Position numbers and translations under genes: made by a program
Assembly: GCF_964355755.1 (NCBI RefSeq)
Contig: NC_092670.1
Span: forward strand, 37,126,388 to 37,190,387
From: Antedon mediterranea
Lineage: Eukaryota > Animalia > Echinodermata
Length of the DNA stretch: 64,000 nucleotides
Reading direction: 5' to 3'
Notes under the pieces: generated by a model
Told to the model about the DNA's origin: nothing
The model's input: the letters and a program-made list of their open reading frames with translations, nothing else
Databases searched by the model: none
Part shown: positions 1-14,100 of the stretch, one piece after another
How the letters are laid out: the number at the start of each line of letters is the position of its first letter
Position numbering within the stretch: position 1 is the stretch's first letter

Positions 1-278
1 ATTGATTAATACTCTTTAAAAGCAAAATGGTTACTCAGCAGACTTGGTTTGAGATAAGAAAACTTAAATCGTTAATATTTTCCACAGAATTTTTTCTGTT
101 AAGGATATTATAGTCTGGAAAAGAGATATGAAGCAAACGTACATCTTCTAGGATAAATCGTTTAGGATGGTTTTCCCTATAAAAAAAAACAATAAGACGT
201 ACCCTACGTTTTTCTATAAACTATGGTTAACTTAACACACTATAATGTTAAAATTCATATTGATAAAACAGATCTTAC

Positions 279-2705
279 CATATTCCTCTGCAGTTGCTGT
301 TGGTTGCTGTATCGTCATTGATGTTGTTTCTTGCATAGGCGGCGGTGTATATGTTCCAATTACTAAAAAAGGTGTGTTACTTAATATCTTCGTAGTAAAT
401 TACATAATTTTATAGGTAAAATTAAAACAATATAAAGTCTAAAAATCCAGGCATATGAGTGACTTGTGTTTATGAGCTTTCTTGAATATAGACATCTATT
501 CTAAACTATTGCTTTGAAGTTAGAAAGTAAGTACCCACAGACATCCAGAAATTGTTTGTTTCTTTATTGAACATTTCTTTAAACAGTTAAAGAATAGTGT
601 GGAAGAGTGCATTTCCAAACAGTGTAGGCCTACATTAAATCTAACCAAACCCGACAGATAGGCTATGCCATAGGCCTACATTAAATCTAACCAAACCTGA
701 CAGATAGGCTATGCCATATGCCTACATTAAATCTAACCAAACCCGACAGATAGGCTATGCCATAGGCCTACATTAAATCTAACCAAACCCGACAGATAGG
801 CTATGCCATAGGAGGCCTACATTAAATCTAACCAAACCCGACAGATATGCCATAGGCCTACCTTCAGAAATGACAACCGTATCCCTATCTCCACCACGTA
901 GAAAGTCGTTATCAGTTGAACCAGTTCCTTCTATTGCATCAATCAGACTTGTCTTCAGTTCATTTTCAAAGTCTGTCCTATAGTTCTTGGGCGTATTGAA
1001 CGTCAAAATGAAGTTTGCTACGATGCTTCCACCACTAGAAATATGATTAATGAATTCACGCTCATGATTAAAGACTTGAATCAGTAAACACGCATTTCAT
1101 TGCAGCATGTGCATAAATGTAAACACAAACAATACTGTAATAAAAAAATGGTCATGCACACGCCCATATCAAATATAAATATACAATAAGACACAGATTT
1201 TTTAACTTTGTCATTTTGTATTTAGGCCCAATAAACATCATTTTGTAATTCGTTCGGAATCTGGATATTAAACAAATGTTTTTCTTAATTTTTATATTTT
1301 ACTATTTACAAAACTAGTAACATACCGAAATTCGGTGACAGACGATCCAACATATGTCACATTTTCAAGTGACATGTAAACTTCATCAAGCTATGGGGAA
1401 AATCGTGAAAAGATTACGTAACCTTATTAAATATAATGGAAAAGTTTAACTTGAAAGATATAACAATAAATATGATTATGATGATTATAACACAATTTTT
1501 ACGGAAATATTTACTGCGGTAGTATCAGTATAGAGTAACTAGTTTATAAAAAAATTTTTTTTTATGTTTTTTCTTCTTTTTTTTCAATATTTCAAAAGAG
1601 TAACTAAAATCAGATTTACTCACTGAGGCTTCAATATCGTTTGCTAACTCCCGGAATTCCTCTGAATTTGGATCATTAAAGACCTGTTGAAAATTTGCTA
1701 TAGATCCATTTATTGTCAGAAGTGAAAATGAACCGTCAAAGTTTCTAGAAACTAATTAAAAATAACATTTGAATAATATTGATACGGCTGTAAGAGTTGG
1801 CCTACTTTCTTACTATTTCTTTTTATACGATACTGTTACTGTTGTACTTGTACTGTACTAGTATTCGTGGTGTGTTACTATATGAGATGAGTTTTATAAT
1901 TAATATATAGTTAGACATAAGTTAGTTACTGTTAATATTAGTAGAAGTTAATTTGTCAGTGTGACCTCTGATTTTGTGCTGTAACCTGTAAATAAATGGG
2001 CTTATAGGAAATTCTTGATTTACAATCTTGATAGTTATAAAACATACCTAACTGTTCAACTTCGGTAGGTGTTTGGTCACCGGTGGTTGAGTCATCAAAA
2101 TCAAAAACTGTAATGAAAATGGTTTGGATGTCAAATGTTTAAAATGTAGGAGTGTTGATTAGTAAATATAACACATTATTCCAGCTAAAATTATGATTGT
2201 TATAAGTGTAGCAGGAGGAATGACCTATTCGTTCCACATAGTAGATATATTGTGTAAGTCGTTCAAACAAGTGGCCAGTTCTATATATTAGAAAAAATCG
2301 TCTTACCGTATACATACATGTATAAACCAAATGCAATTAGACCAGCTAATGTTATCCAAAATAAGGCCATCAGTAGAGAGTGTGTAATTAGGATGGTCCT
2401 CCCGCTAAGCATTGGCGTAGCTGCGTGTCTCCGCTGTAGGACATGCTTCGTTTTCTGTATCTTTAGTTTGCCTTTATTAGATTGTATAGAGCGATTGTTT
2501 TTATTAATGTGCTTGTTTGGTCTTATGTTTTTGATATCGTCTCTCTGTTGTGATGGATATACAGGTTCCTGGTATTGCGGCGTTGTGTTGTTGTTACTGG
2601 ATAGGGTTGAACTTGGTATCGGACGAGGTGCATCTCGATATGGAAAGGGGGCAGGTGGATATCCTCGCCTATCGTGCCATGTCGGCCTCGCATTAAAGTT
2701 ATAGG
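279..2705 (-). CDS. Type II transmembrane protein with extracellular SEA domain (partial; start and 3' end not resolved)
   Basis: GT-AG exons that join in phase: 2307-2705 (cytoplasmic tail, then hydrophobic LLMALFWITLAGLIAFGLYMYVY), 2048-2107, 1624-1751 (FDGSFSLLTING..FNDPNSEEFRELANDIE), 1326-1391, 862-1034 (FR-GGSIVANFILTF, SEA cleavage-type motif), 279-362 (Thr/Pro-rich stalk). A possible upstream exon lies at 2986-3057. Confidence 0.75.
625..861. repeat. 46-bp minisatellite, about 5 copies
   Basis: Unit TAGGCCTACATTAAATCTAACCAAACCCGACAGATAGGCTATGCCA; abuts the minus-strand splice donor at 860-861. Confidence 0.95.
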
Positions 2706-3654
2706 CTGTAAATTAGAATATAAAGCTTGCGAAATGTATACAAAACAAGAAGGTTTAATAACAATCATCATCCCACTTTTAGAGTTGTCATTTCCATACA
2801 GCTACTAAACTGACATTCGTGTATATTGTTTGACGTCACCATCGTACGTCAATGTTGTAGTTATCGCCAATTACCCTATAATTTTTGATTTAATCACTTC
2901 ATTTCAGAATAAATATTCCATATATACTGTACAACAATAAATAATACAAAACCGGAAAATCAAGGTAAATAGGATTTTTTCCTACTTAGCGTAGAGATTT
3001 GAATATCGTAACAAATAGTTCGTGGTACACCAACCAGATCATTTGTATACACCCCATCTGTGTAGGCCTACCATACACACTAAATTTAATTTACGAACCG
3101 TTATGCAGTTCCTACTTTATGAAAAAGCCCCATACATTTTAATAAAAAGAAAATATGAATAAAACATTTCGTAACTTACACATAATAAAACAAACTTACA
3201 GATCATATAGATGCATGTAATATATCAACGTTATGATTATAGGCCTACTGTAATTTAATCATCTGCGGCCATGATTCCGATGGGAGGACCCGATACCAAT
3301 TTCAATTATACTACAATAGATCAATCAATTTATAACACGAAATTTTGTAACGCCTATTTTTTATCATTCAATATGCGCAAAAAATTATATCGATTTTAAC
3401 AATAGTGAAATAATAGCACAGCTGGATGATTTGTGCGCCGGCGCATCCAGGAGCAGAAAGTGAGCAACTGTTAAATTGTATAGCGCCACCAAAGATCGAT
3501 ATTTAGCGCCACCAATAGCTTTTAACGTTTTAAACTTTTTTTCTGGCATGGTGTGTGTGGTGGTGGTGTTTCCTCGATCTCTCTTTTTTTAAATCTAAAT
3601 TCTAACATAATTTATATTTCTTTTTGTAAAAAGTTTGTACATTCTGGTTAAGTA

Positions 3655-4420
3655 AAGGGTAGCTAGGATAGGCCTAGATAGGACCGCTAGGCCTAGGCCT
3701 CAGCAGGCTCTCTCTTGCCCTCTAGCTAGGCTAGGCCTATATATTAATTAGGCCTACTAGCTAGGCCTAACCCTAGCTAGGCCTATAGGCCTCTAGCTAG
3801 GCTAGGCCTAGTGAGTGTAGTAAGTAGGCCCAGGCCTAGTGGTCTAACCTAGCTGTTTGGGAAGGCTAGGCATTGAAGCCTAATAATAAGGCCTAGTGTG
3901 TAGGCTAGGCTATGAATGCATGTGCTGCTTTCGACAGCATTAATTTCAATTTGTCCAATATATTATAAAATATCAGAAATTTGTTTTCTGTACACATAAT
4001 TATGATATCATCATATTCAATAACATATTATTAAGCTAGGCCTAGCTTAGACTTTGCCGGCTCCTAACTAAAACTATACTATAGGCCTGGCCTACTAGTT
4101 ATGTAGTAGGCCTAGTAGGCTTATCAATAATTTTAATAGATATAGGCTAGTCTTCTACTAGCCTACTTACTACTAGCTAGAGAGGGCCTTCTAGCCTAGC
4201 TAGAGTATCCAGCCTTATTAATATATTAGTTTACCACATTTACTAGCTGGCTATTAGAGTAGTAGGTAGAGAGAATAAAATAATTTGATAGTAGAGTGTT
4301 AGATTTATTCTAGGTAGGTCTAGTACTAGATATAGTAGGCCTAGTAGCTTTGAGATTTAAGAGTAAGCCTAGCTAGCAGATATGACTAAACTCCTTCTTA
4401 CTACATAGCACTAGGCCAAG
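3655..4420. repeat. TAGGCCTA/CTAG-rich low-complexity tract in the probable first intron of the CCDC73-like gene
   Basis: Dense overlapping TAGGCCTA, TAGGCTA, TAGCCTA and CTAG words. Confidence 0.85.
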
Positions 4421-5103
4421 ACATCTACAAATATATTATTCAACTCTAACCAAATATAATATTAAATATTCAAGAGTAATCCCACTCACAATTTTGCACC
4501 CAACAAACAAGCCCATGGGAATGCACTATTTTCTGTAACTTATCGTTTAAATTATAAGGCTTTAAAAATGCAAGCTGCGATAAATATTTCCTGTTAAATG
4601 TGAATTAAACTTTGCGACCTCACAAGAAAAAATTAGTAACTAGTACTTTTGAGTACAATATAGTATGTGTTTGTTTTCCCTATTCAAGGTTGGATTATAA
4701 TGATCTAAATTTGATTTTCCCACATAAACATGTATGTTAGATGCATTAAGTTTCAGTTCAAACAATGTGTGTGATTTTTTTTTTTCTAATCAAATTAAGC
4801 CTTGTGACTAATTCATGTTTAAAACAAATAAAATATCCTTGAATTTACAATCAGAAAATTGAACAATAAAACCTATTATTAGGAAGATATTTCTTACAGT
4901 AATAGACCTTCACAAAGCAATAAAAACATGTCAAAATACCAACAAAAAAAACAAAAAACAGTTTTATTATTTGATTTAAATTTCAGTCACTATGACACTT
5001 CAATTTAGATCAAATATATCTATATTTTTGTATTCATTGATTTTATGCAATTCTTTTTTTTTTTTATGATTTCATTTTATCATATTTTTTATTTTAGTCT
5101 AAC

Positions 5104-8100
5104 ATGTCATCTATCAAAGTAGATGAGCAGAAATCACTTTCTCAAACCAAGTGTATTGCAGGTAGGCAGTTTTAAAGTTGTACTTTAAAATTATTATTAT
5201 TTTTTTTTTATAACAATATTGAATTAGCCACTTTGTGTACTGTACTTAATTCAACTTTGGTTGGTCTGTTGGTCAATAAAATGCATGATCTCATATGAGG
5301 ACACAAGTTATTTTGAATTGGTAGTTTTAAAAATACCATTTTTGCAGGTGTAATGGGAACTTCCAATACCCCATGACTTGTCAGCTTTTTGCATGAATAG
5401 GGAAACGCATAACCGAAATTAGCATAATACCTTCCTGATTAGTCCAGGGTTCATGGCTATTGCAACTTATTACACCTCAATAAAAATCAATACCCTTGAT
5501 ATGTCTGCGATCAAAGGCTATCTTTATAGATGTGAATTAAGACTAATGTCATGATTATATGTGAATTAATGTGTGACATTTTACATCATAAATTTATATA
5601 TTATGATTAATATTGTTTTTAAAAAGCAATATTTAAAAATATGAATATGATTGAATTATTATTTTAATTTGATGTCTATCATAGATACAAATTAAGTCTA
5701 ATTTCATGATTATATGTGAATTAATGTGTGACATTTTTCCACTATAAATTTATATATTAGGATTAATATTGTTTTTAAAAAACAATATTTAAAAATATGA
5801 ATATGATTGAATTATTATTTTAATTTGATGTCTATCATAGATGCAAATTAAGTCTAATTTCATGATTATATGTGAATTACTGTGTGACATTTTACATCAT
5901 AAATTTATATATTATGATTAATATTGTTTTTAAAAAGCAATATTTAAAAATATGAATATGATTGAATTATTATTTTAATTTGATGTCTATCATAGATACA
6001 AATTAAGTCTAATTTCATGATTATATGTGAATTAATGTGTGACATTTTTCCACTATAAATTTATATATTAGGATTAATATTGTTTTTAAAAAACAATATT
6101 TAAAAATATGAATATGATTGAATTATTATTTTAATTTGATGTCTATCATAGATGCAAATCAAGTCTAATTTCATGATTATATGTGAATTACTGTGTGACA
6201 TTTTACATCATAAATTTATATATTATGATTAATATTGTTTTTAAAAAGCAATATTTAAAAATATGAATATGATTGAATTATTATTTCAATTTGATGTCTA
6301 TCATAGTTGCAAATTTTAAAGTCTTATAATTATGTAAATTAATCTGTGATATTTTACACTATAAACTAGAAAGCCACTCCGAGAGTGCATATCTCCGCCT
6401 ACTGTAAAATTCTGCTACATAAGATGTCTGTGTGTCTTAATGCTGTTTGTGATTTAGGCTAATTTCACTATAAGCATGTGTATGCGAGTTTGGCGTAATG
6501 GTTATATGTAACAAGCCTTTCAATTAATAATAGCTTCAGTTGACTAACAATAGAACAGCAACGCGAAAATCAAACGAGTGAGTTTGAAAAGAAATAGGTT
6601 TTTCAAAAAAGGTGCACATTAAACAGTCAAATTATGTTTTAAAAATAACAAATCACAAATTATAACTCTTGCCTCTTGTAGTTCTTGAGAAAATGCAATT
6701 TCAGTTTACTTGTTACTTTAACGCCCGTATTCTTAAACCGGACTTTAGTCGTAGTTCGAGCTAAAACTAAAAAAATGACGTTATTACTCCCTTATCCCAT
6801 TTAATTGATCCATATCAGTTTGCATACCAATCATGCAGATCTGTCGATGATGCGATACTAACTCTTACCCAACTGCTTAACCAGCATACAAATAACTTAA
6901 GTTGTTATGCGAGAGTTACCTTTGCTGACTTCTCCTCAGCATTTAATACCCTTAATCCTGCCATCTTAATAGATAAGTTGATTAAGCTAGAGGTGAACCC
7001 ATCCATAATTAAATGGATTGAAAGTTTCTTATGCAATCGAACACAGAAGGTATCTCTTGGTAACTATAAGTCGAGTGTGATCAACACAAATATAGGATCA
7101 CCCCAAGGATGTGTGTTAAGCCCCCTCCTATTTATTTTATATACCAATGACTGTAAGTCAACTTCTAGTAGCATACATTACTTAAAATACGCGGATGACA
7201 CCGCCATTGTTGGCCTATTAAAAAACAGAGCTAGTGAAACTGAATATCATGATGAAATCGTTGCTTTTTCGAATTGGTGTAAGGCAAATTGCCTCTTACT
7301 AAACGAAAAGAAAACCAAAGAAGTAATAATTGATTTTCGAAAAAAATGTACTGCTCTGGCTCCCCTAAAAATTAATAATCAGGAAATTGAATCTGTTGAA
7401 AGCTACAAATACCTAGGTGTGACTGTTGATAACAAATTTAGCTGGGAGAAACACTGTAAAAATACTATAAAAAAAGGAAATACACGACTGTTCTTTCTCA
7501 GAAAACTGAGAAATTATGGGGTAGATAGAACTGTATTAAATTTATTTTACTCTTCGATTGTTGAGAGTGTGCTCACTTTCTGTTGTGTTGCCTGGTTTTG
7601 TGGATGTAGAACAGAAGAAAAAACCAGATTACAACGAATATTAAATAAAGTAGGTAGGATCACAGGATCTAGACATAATTTGGATGACCTTTGCAACAAA
7701 ATCATAAGAAATAAGGCTATGAAAATATGCGACGACTCAAACCACCCTTTAAATAAACATTATGTTAAAATGAGATCAAAAAGACTAAATGTGCTGAGAT
7801 CGTGCAATAGTAGGGTTATGCGATATTTTAATTCTTTTGTTCCGTATTCTATTAGACTGTTAAATGATTTTGCATAATTTTTGATGTATTGCAGCTTTTT
7901 ATTTTTTATTTAGTTAATTGTAGTCTTATGTTCATACTTGTACATTGTTAAATAATATATAGTGTTTTTAAATATTGTAATTAATTTTTTTTATATGAAA
8001 CGTTTTTATAAATTTTTGTACAATTTTGTGAAAAGCACTCAAAATATTTTCCTATGTGGACGAAATAAAGTTATCAGTTATCAGTTATCAGTCATTTTAA

Positions 8101-11100
8101 TTCATAAACCGAACTTCAACTAAATCACCGACTAAATCAGGCCAACCTCGACGAAATCAAGACGGATTTTGATCAATTTTTTTAGTCCTGGAGGGGGAAG
8201 ACTAAATGGTCGACTAAATGGTTTTTAAACGATGTTTATAAAAAACGTAACAGTCATTGAGTTGTTATATTGGCAAGATATTGAAGAATGTAATAAAATT
8301 TATATTAGCTTAATTAAATATACATTGGTATAAGTTATAATAATGAAAATCATCTTTATTTACAACTGTATACAAATTACATTATTTTCTTCGCGCAAGT
8401 CCGACTTAAACTACGTGACGCCATAGCGACAATGGGAGATGCGGCAATTCACCACGCGATAGAATGTTTAGGGGGCCTAGCGCTTTCTTGGCACGCTATG
8501 AAGTGCGTGATTCGTCGCGATCATACTTTGTTGGGGGTCTAGAAAATATAAAAGTTACCGTACCGCCATGGTTCCTAAATATATTTTGTAGATTTTATTT
8601 GTTGTTAATCAAATATACTTCACTGTTAAATTATACTGATATTGTTCTAATAATTAACGATTAAAATTATTTTTCTTGTGTATAGTCCTGATGCGTAAAA
8701 AGTGTTGTAAGAAATGGAAAGTGATATCAATGCGCAAAATTTCGTCTGCTCCACAAATACTCTCTTGTCATTGGCCAATGTATAGCCTTTAGTACCCAGA
8801 CGTGTGAAACTCGACTAAAAGCTCGACTTCATTAAGTCGAACTGCAAACTTCGACTACTTCGTTTTTGAATCGAATTTGAAGTAATAGCTCGAACTACGA
8901 CTTTTCCAAGTCGAACTTCGAACTACGACTAAAGTCCGGTTTAAGAATACGGGCGTAAGACTGCTCACCGACTTTTGAAAAAATCTGTCCTATCTTTTAA
9001 CACTAGCAGGTCAGAAAAGTATACTAAAAAGTGGTCCAGAATTGGGACCATGGTCCTAAATGGTCCCAAAATTTAATGGAATGGTCCTTGACCACATATC
9101 TATCTGTATAGGCCTATTCATTTTGGTAAAAATCTTGTAATTACTTTTTGAGTAATCCTGCTAACAAACAAACAAACACATGCGACCGATTACATACAGT
9201 ACCTCCTTGGCGGAGGTAAATTATATATCATGATTAATATTATTTTTAAAAAGTAATATTTTAACTCGAAAGTTTGGTGGTATCATACATAATATTTTAA
9301 AATATGAATATGTATTGTTAATAAATAAACATATTCGTTAAATAATTATTTAAATTTAATGTCTTAAAAAATATTATTTTTCTTAGAGAATGTCTTTGAA
9401 GCTGAACATTCACTTCCAACAGAAAAGCCTCATGTTTACAGTCAAGCTGAAAACTTTTGTTTGAAAACAAAGATCTTTGAGGCTATCGAAGAATTGAAGA
9501 TGAGACGGGTAAATACTATCACATAAAATATCGAATGTTTATAATGATGATTCATAATAATTATTTGTGTTCTATTACATATCTGTATTTGGATATGTAG
9601 CAATAATTAATCTTTAAATTTAATGTAATTCTTACATTTATTTTGGGTTGGAGATACTTAATGTTAATAATATTTATTATTGATTTAAATAATATTAGTG
9701 ATAACAAGATGCTGTCGATTTTACAGTTTCGCCAAAAAAATAGGACCTTATGAATGTTCAGGTGCTTAGATTTGAATGTAGCTTTTAAAATAAATATCTT
9801 TTAATACGGTGTTTATTACTTTTGATCTCATTTCTGTATTCGATCACTTTAGCATCTGCATAAATGTATTAATATACCTACCACACCGAAAATTATATTC
9901 TACTCGGTGAAAAAAAAAATTGCTACCTGATTTGTACTGTGTTGTACTTATGAAATTTGACACCAACAAATTAGGATCTTGAGGAAATTTTAAACTAGCT
10001 ATATAAAGAAATGACTGAACAGTAATGTTATTTTCCTTTGAATTACAATTTTTATAAAAATAAAACCAATTATATTTGTTTTAAACAGGCTTATTAAGAT
10101 AAGATAAAATAGCTTTATTTATCCACAAGTGGAAATTATGATAGATAATAGATAATTATAGTATGTTGACTATACACTATCCCATCATTATAAAAAATAT
10201 ATATATCTAAGTGGTCTTAGTTCCTTATAACTGATTATCGGATTTTGTGATTCCATGCATGACTTTCCACACCTATATCATTTATTAACTAACTTAACCG
10301 TACATCCGTTCTGATCCTGTTCTTCCTCTGTCTTTTCCATGATCTTATTTCCAAATTGATTTAAATAGATTACCAAAATTGTAATTATAATAAGTACTGT
10401 ACCTCACTGTATAAATGTAGGAACTTGGTTTCTAGCCAATTATATCTAAGTGTTGCATGTTATTGTTAGAGTTCAGCAGGATAATAAACAGACTAATAGA
10501 AATAGATTCCTTTGATTAAAAAAATAGATTATCGTTCAATATAATGATGATAATTTTTTGTAATTATAATTCATATTAATTATTGTCATGTTATGTTAGT
10601 ATAAAAGTACCTTATGCACTATTTAAGTTCTCATAAATTCTAACTAAGCAAGTTTTTACAATTTGAATTTAGTATTTTGGCAGACTTGGCATGCCATAGT
10701 GTTACAGTATTACACTACTGTAACTGAAAAAAGGTGTTATATGTTTGGTCCTAAAAATAAATTCCCCATGCCATTTTTGCGGTTTATGAATTACTAATTA
10801 GAATAATTGAATAAGAATATAAATAGTATACAATACACACAAAATAGTTCAATTTAGGCCTGACTTTGAGACACTGAATTAAATTTTTTTTTTTTAGTCG
10901 TGTGCAACGCGACTCTACAGCTCACTATGTTGGTCGGTTGGTCGGTAAACACTAAGTTGAGCACTCGATTGCAACCATGTATATGGCCTTGTTTTAGGGG
11001 ATTTTTTTGTCTTATATTATATGGATTTTTTTAACTTTTTCTATTGACAATGACATTAATATTTTCAAATATGTTTACATATATTCTAACTTTTATTTTT

Positions 11101-14100
11101 ATAATAGTCCATTAACATATTTTCTTTTCATTAACAATGCTTTTTTAAATTTAAATATAAATAATTAGATTTTTAGGGCACTTAAGCTTTGTCTACACTA
11201 TCTAACTAGTTTGGCAAAATATGGTAGTGATATATGACATCATCATGTCCACATACTATGGGAACATCACATTTGTTTGTCACATAAAGTTTGATAGTGT
11301 AGACAGAGCTTAATATCTAATTTTTTTTTAGGAAATGCACGCTGAAGCTGAAGAAAAGGTTCAACAACTTCTTCAAGCAAATCTAAACCTTCAAAAGATG
11401 GTGGTAATGATTGGTTTTGTATTGCTCATTGCTATTAATAAGATAAGAAGTATGACATTGTGTCATACACAGTACAGTATACGTAACAATACAGTATAGT
11501 ATGAAATACTATGCAGTAGAGTAATCAAGTTGTACAGGTGTCTTCTCATATGCCAATCTGAATTGTTATTTGTTCCATCATATTATCTTGTGAAATGATT
11601 TGACCTTGATTTTGTAAACACCTAATAAATAATAGTAAATCTACTAGGGCTTAGGATGACATTGACATGTTGCCCACCAATCCTAGTGCCCTTGGTGCAA
11701 GCGGGTATAGCTCATAAGCTCAACTTCCTGAGTTCCTTGAGATTTTCGCAGAGCTAGCATATATTGCCTATTCCACTATTACTAACATTTAAGTTTATTT
11801 TTATAAATTTGTTAATTGTTTTTAAAAGGATGCCGAGAAGAAGTTAAACTTGATTCAGGTTGATACTCATAACCTACAGCTGACTGACCTAAAAAAGATT
11901 TTCAATGATGAACTCTTGTCTATAAAGGAAGACAAGGTATTAATACGTTATCTCACTGATTTTAGTAGGATTTAAGTGATGTCAGATATTAAGATGCATG
12001 TATTAAAACAGGAAAGAAACTAGATTAATTGAGGAGCAGAACTAATTCAGTGGTAGATCCAGGATTTTGAAGTAGGGATGGGGGAGTAAAAAAATCAAAA
12101 CAAAGTGCTAAACTGCACCTAATAATGTCATAACTTTGGTAAGACCCTTTTATCTGACTATGTAATTAAGAGCTAGGGATTTTTTTTAAATCTTTTTTAT
12201 ACATATACAGTATTAGTGTATTCATTCTATTATTTAATGTGAATATTCAATAATCGACTTGCCTTCATAATAAAATAAAGGAAAAACATGTGCAGTTGGC
12301 TGGAACAGCTGAAAAGGAAGTTCTGAAACTAAGAGATGAGATCCGTGCAATGCTGGTGAGTTCTAATGTTCCAGAACTTCGAGTTAAGATCTTTAAAACT
12401 ATGAATGGTTTGTAAATTATTTAGAATTTTTGTCAAATTGAACTGTACGGTATTTGAATTGTTTGAATGAGTGTACTGTCTAAGCAATCTACCAGAGCTC
12501 AAAACTAAAATACTTTTAGTTATCCAGTTTTGGGAGAGTTTTGGTAATTGGATGACTCGATTAAATTCTCATAGATACATTTACTGGTTTGCATCATGTT
12601 TCTTTATAATAATTATGTAGTTAAACAAGTATTCACTGGAAAAGCGTGTACAAGAACTGGAGAGGGCGATCAACTATCAAGACACTGCCCGTACTGATCA
12701 CAACAGTCAATTAGTAGATCTCGAACACAAGTGTAAACAAATTAATGTGCAAAGATCAGCCTTAGAAGACATGTTTGAGCAATTCCAAAAGAATGGTAGG
12801 ATACTAATATATTTAAAGTATTATTTGTCTATATTTACCAATGATTGAGAATCAATTTCAATCATGGGCCTACTATATATACATTTCTTGTTGGGATTTT
12901 AACATTTTGATGTTTCTTAAAACATGTTTCTAAATAGTTAAAAGTGCGTGTGAGTTTAACAGAAAACTTGAATACATCAGTAATCATCGGCAGTGTCAGG
13001 TCAATGAGTTGCAGTCAAAGCTTGAACAGCAGCATGATGACTTGATGGAGGCTAGAGCTAAGCTTGAAGCTAGGCCTAGTCCAGGTACAGAGCTGAGCCA
13101 TTTGAAAACCCAAGAGGACATATTTCACAAGGAACTACAGGCAGTAGGCTTTTAATTGTTCACTTTTTTTCTATTTACCTTCTCATTTTGCTACTCAATA
13201 ATTTGATACATTTAAGGATGATATAAAAATGATACTGTACTATTACACAAATTATTTTCCAGAAAGATAAATTATGCGATCAACTCTTGAAACATGTTGA
13301 AGAAATCCGAATGGACCGCACGGTAATCATCACCATTCTTATTTTGTGTGTAGTACTCCAGTACCTATTCACTTCCCTCTGGTATATCTTATTAAAGGAA
13401 AAGTCAATTGAATTTCCAGAAGTATCCACTTAAAACCAATTCTTATTATTCTCACTTGTAAACCTTAAGCTCTGTCCTCCACACTATAAAATTTGGGAGG
13501 AAACGTGTGATGTGCCCAAATATGGTAGTGATATTCCCAAATATGGTAGTGATATGACATCATCATGTACATATATGGGCACATCTGTCATTTTTTATCA
13601 CAAAAAAGTTTGATAGTAAGCTTTTAAGTAAAGCTTTCCAAAGTTTTCTTGTGCCAGTATTTATAATATGGTATTAAATAGTAGCCCAAGTTATAACATG
13701 TAGGAAGTACACTTCCATGTATACAGTAGGCCTATTTGTGCGAAAGAACGAAAATGCAAATAACGTTATGTCAGTATCATTTATATTATAGAAAACTTTG
13801 TCTTCGCTATCTGAGGCTCATTCCTTGATCGATCACTATGTCAAAGAAAAAGAGGTAAATGATGTAGTAGAGGTGAAATACCAACATCTTCTGAATGACC
13901 ACGAGGTTCTCAAAGACAGCTGGGAAGAAAAGAATAAACTGTGCCAATCTCTTCAGCAATTATTCGAAGAAAAGGAAACACATTGGTTAAAGAAGGTCAA
14001 TCTTCTTTGATTTATTAGCTAATGTTTCAATGTATTCTTGTTCTTCGTAGGCTAATGTCATTTAGCTAAGAACAGCATGTTGTTAAAAGTGTGGTTTCTG

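Larger units (their letters stand above)
6366..9219 (-). mobile_element. Non-autonomous Helentron/HINE-like element (host of two nested insertions)
   Basis: On the minus strand it begins TTACCTCCGCCAAGGAGGTA and ends GGCGGAG..CACTCTCGGAGTG (hairpin)..TTTCTAG: subterminal inverted repeat plus 3' hairpin. The classification is an inference; Crypton-like is the alternative. Confidence 0.55.

Noticed and set aside
2318-2704. 128-aa plus-strand Cys/Leu-rich ORF
   Set aside because: Antisense shadow of the minus-strand transmembrane exon.
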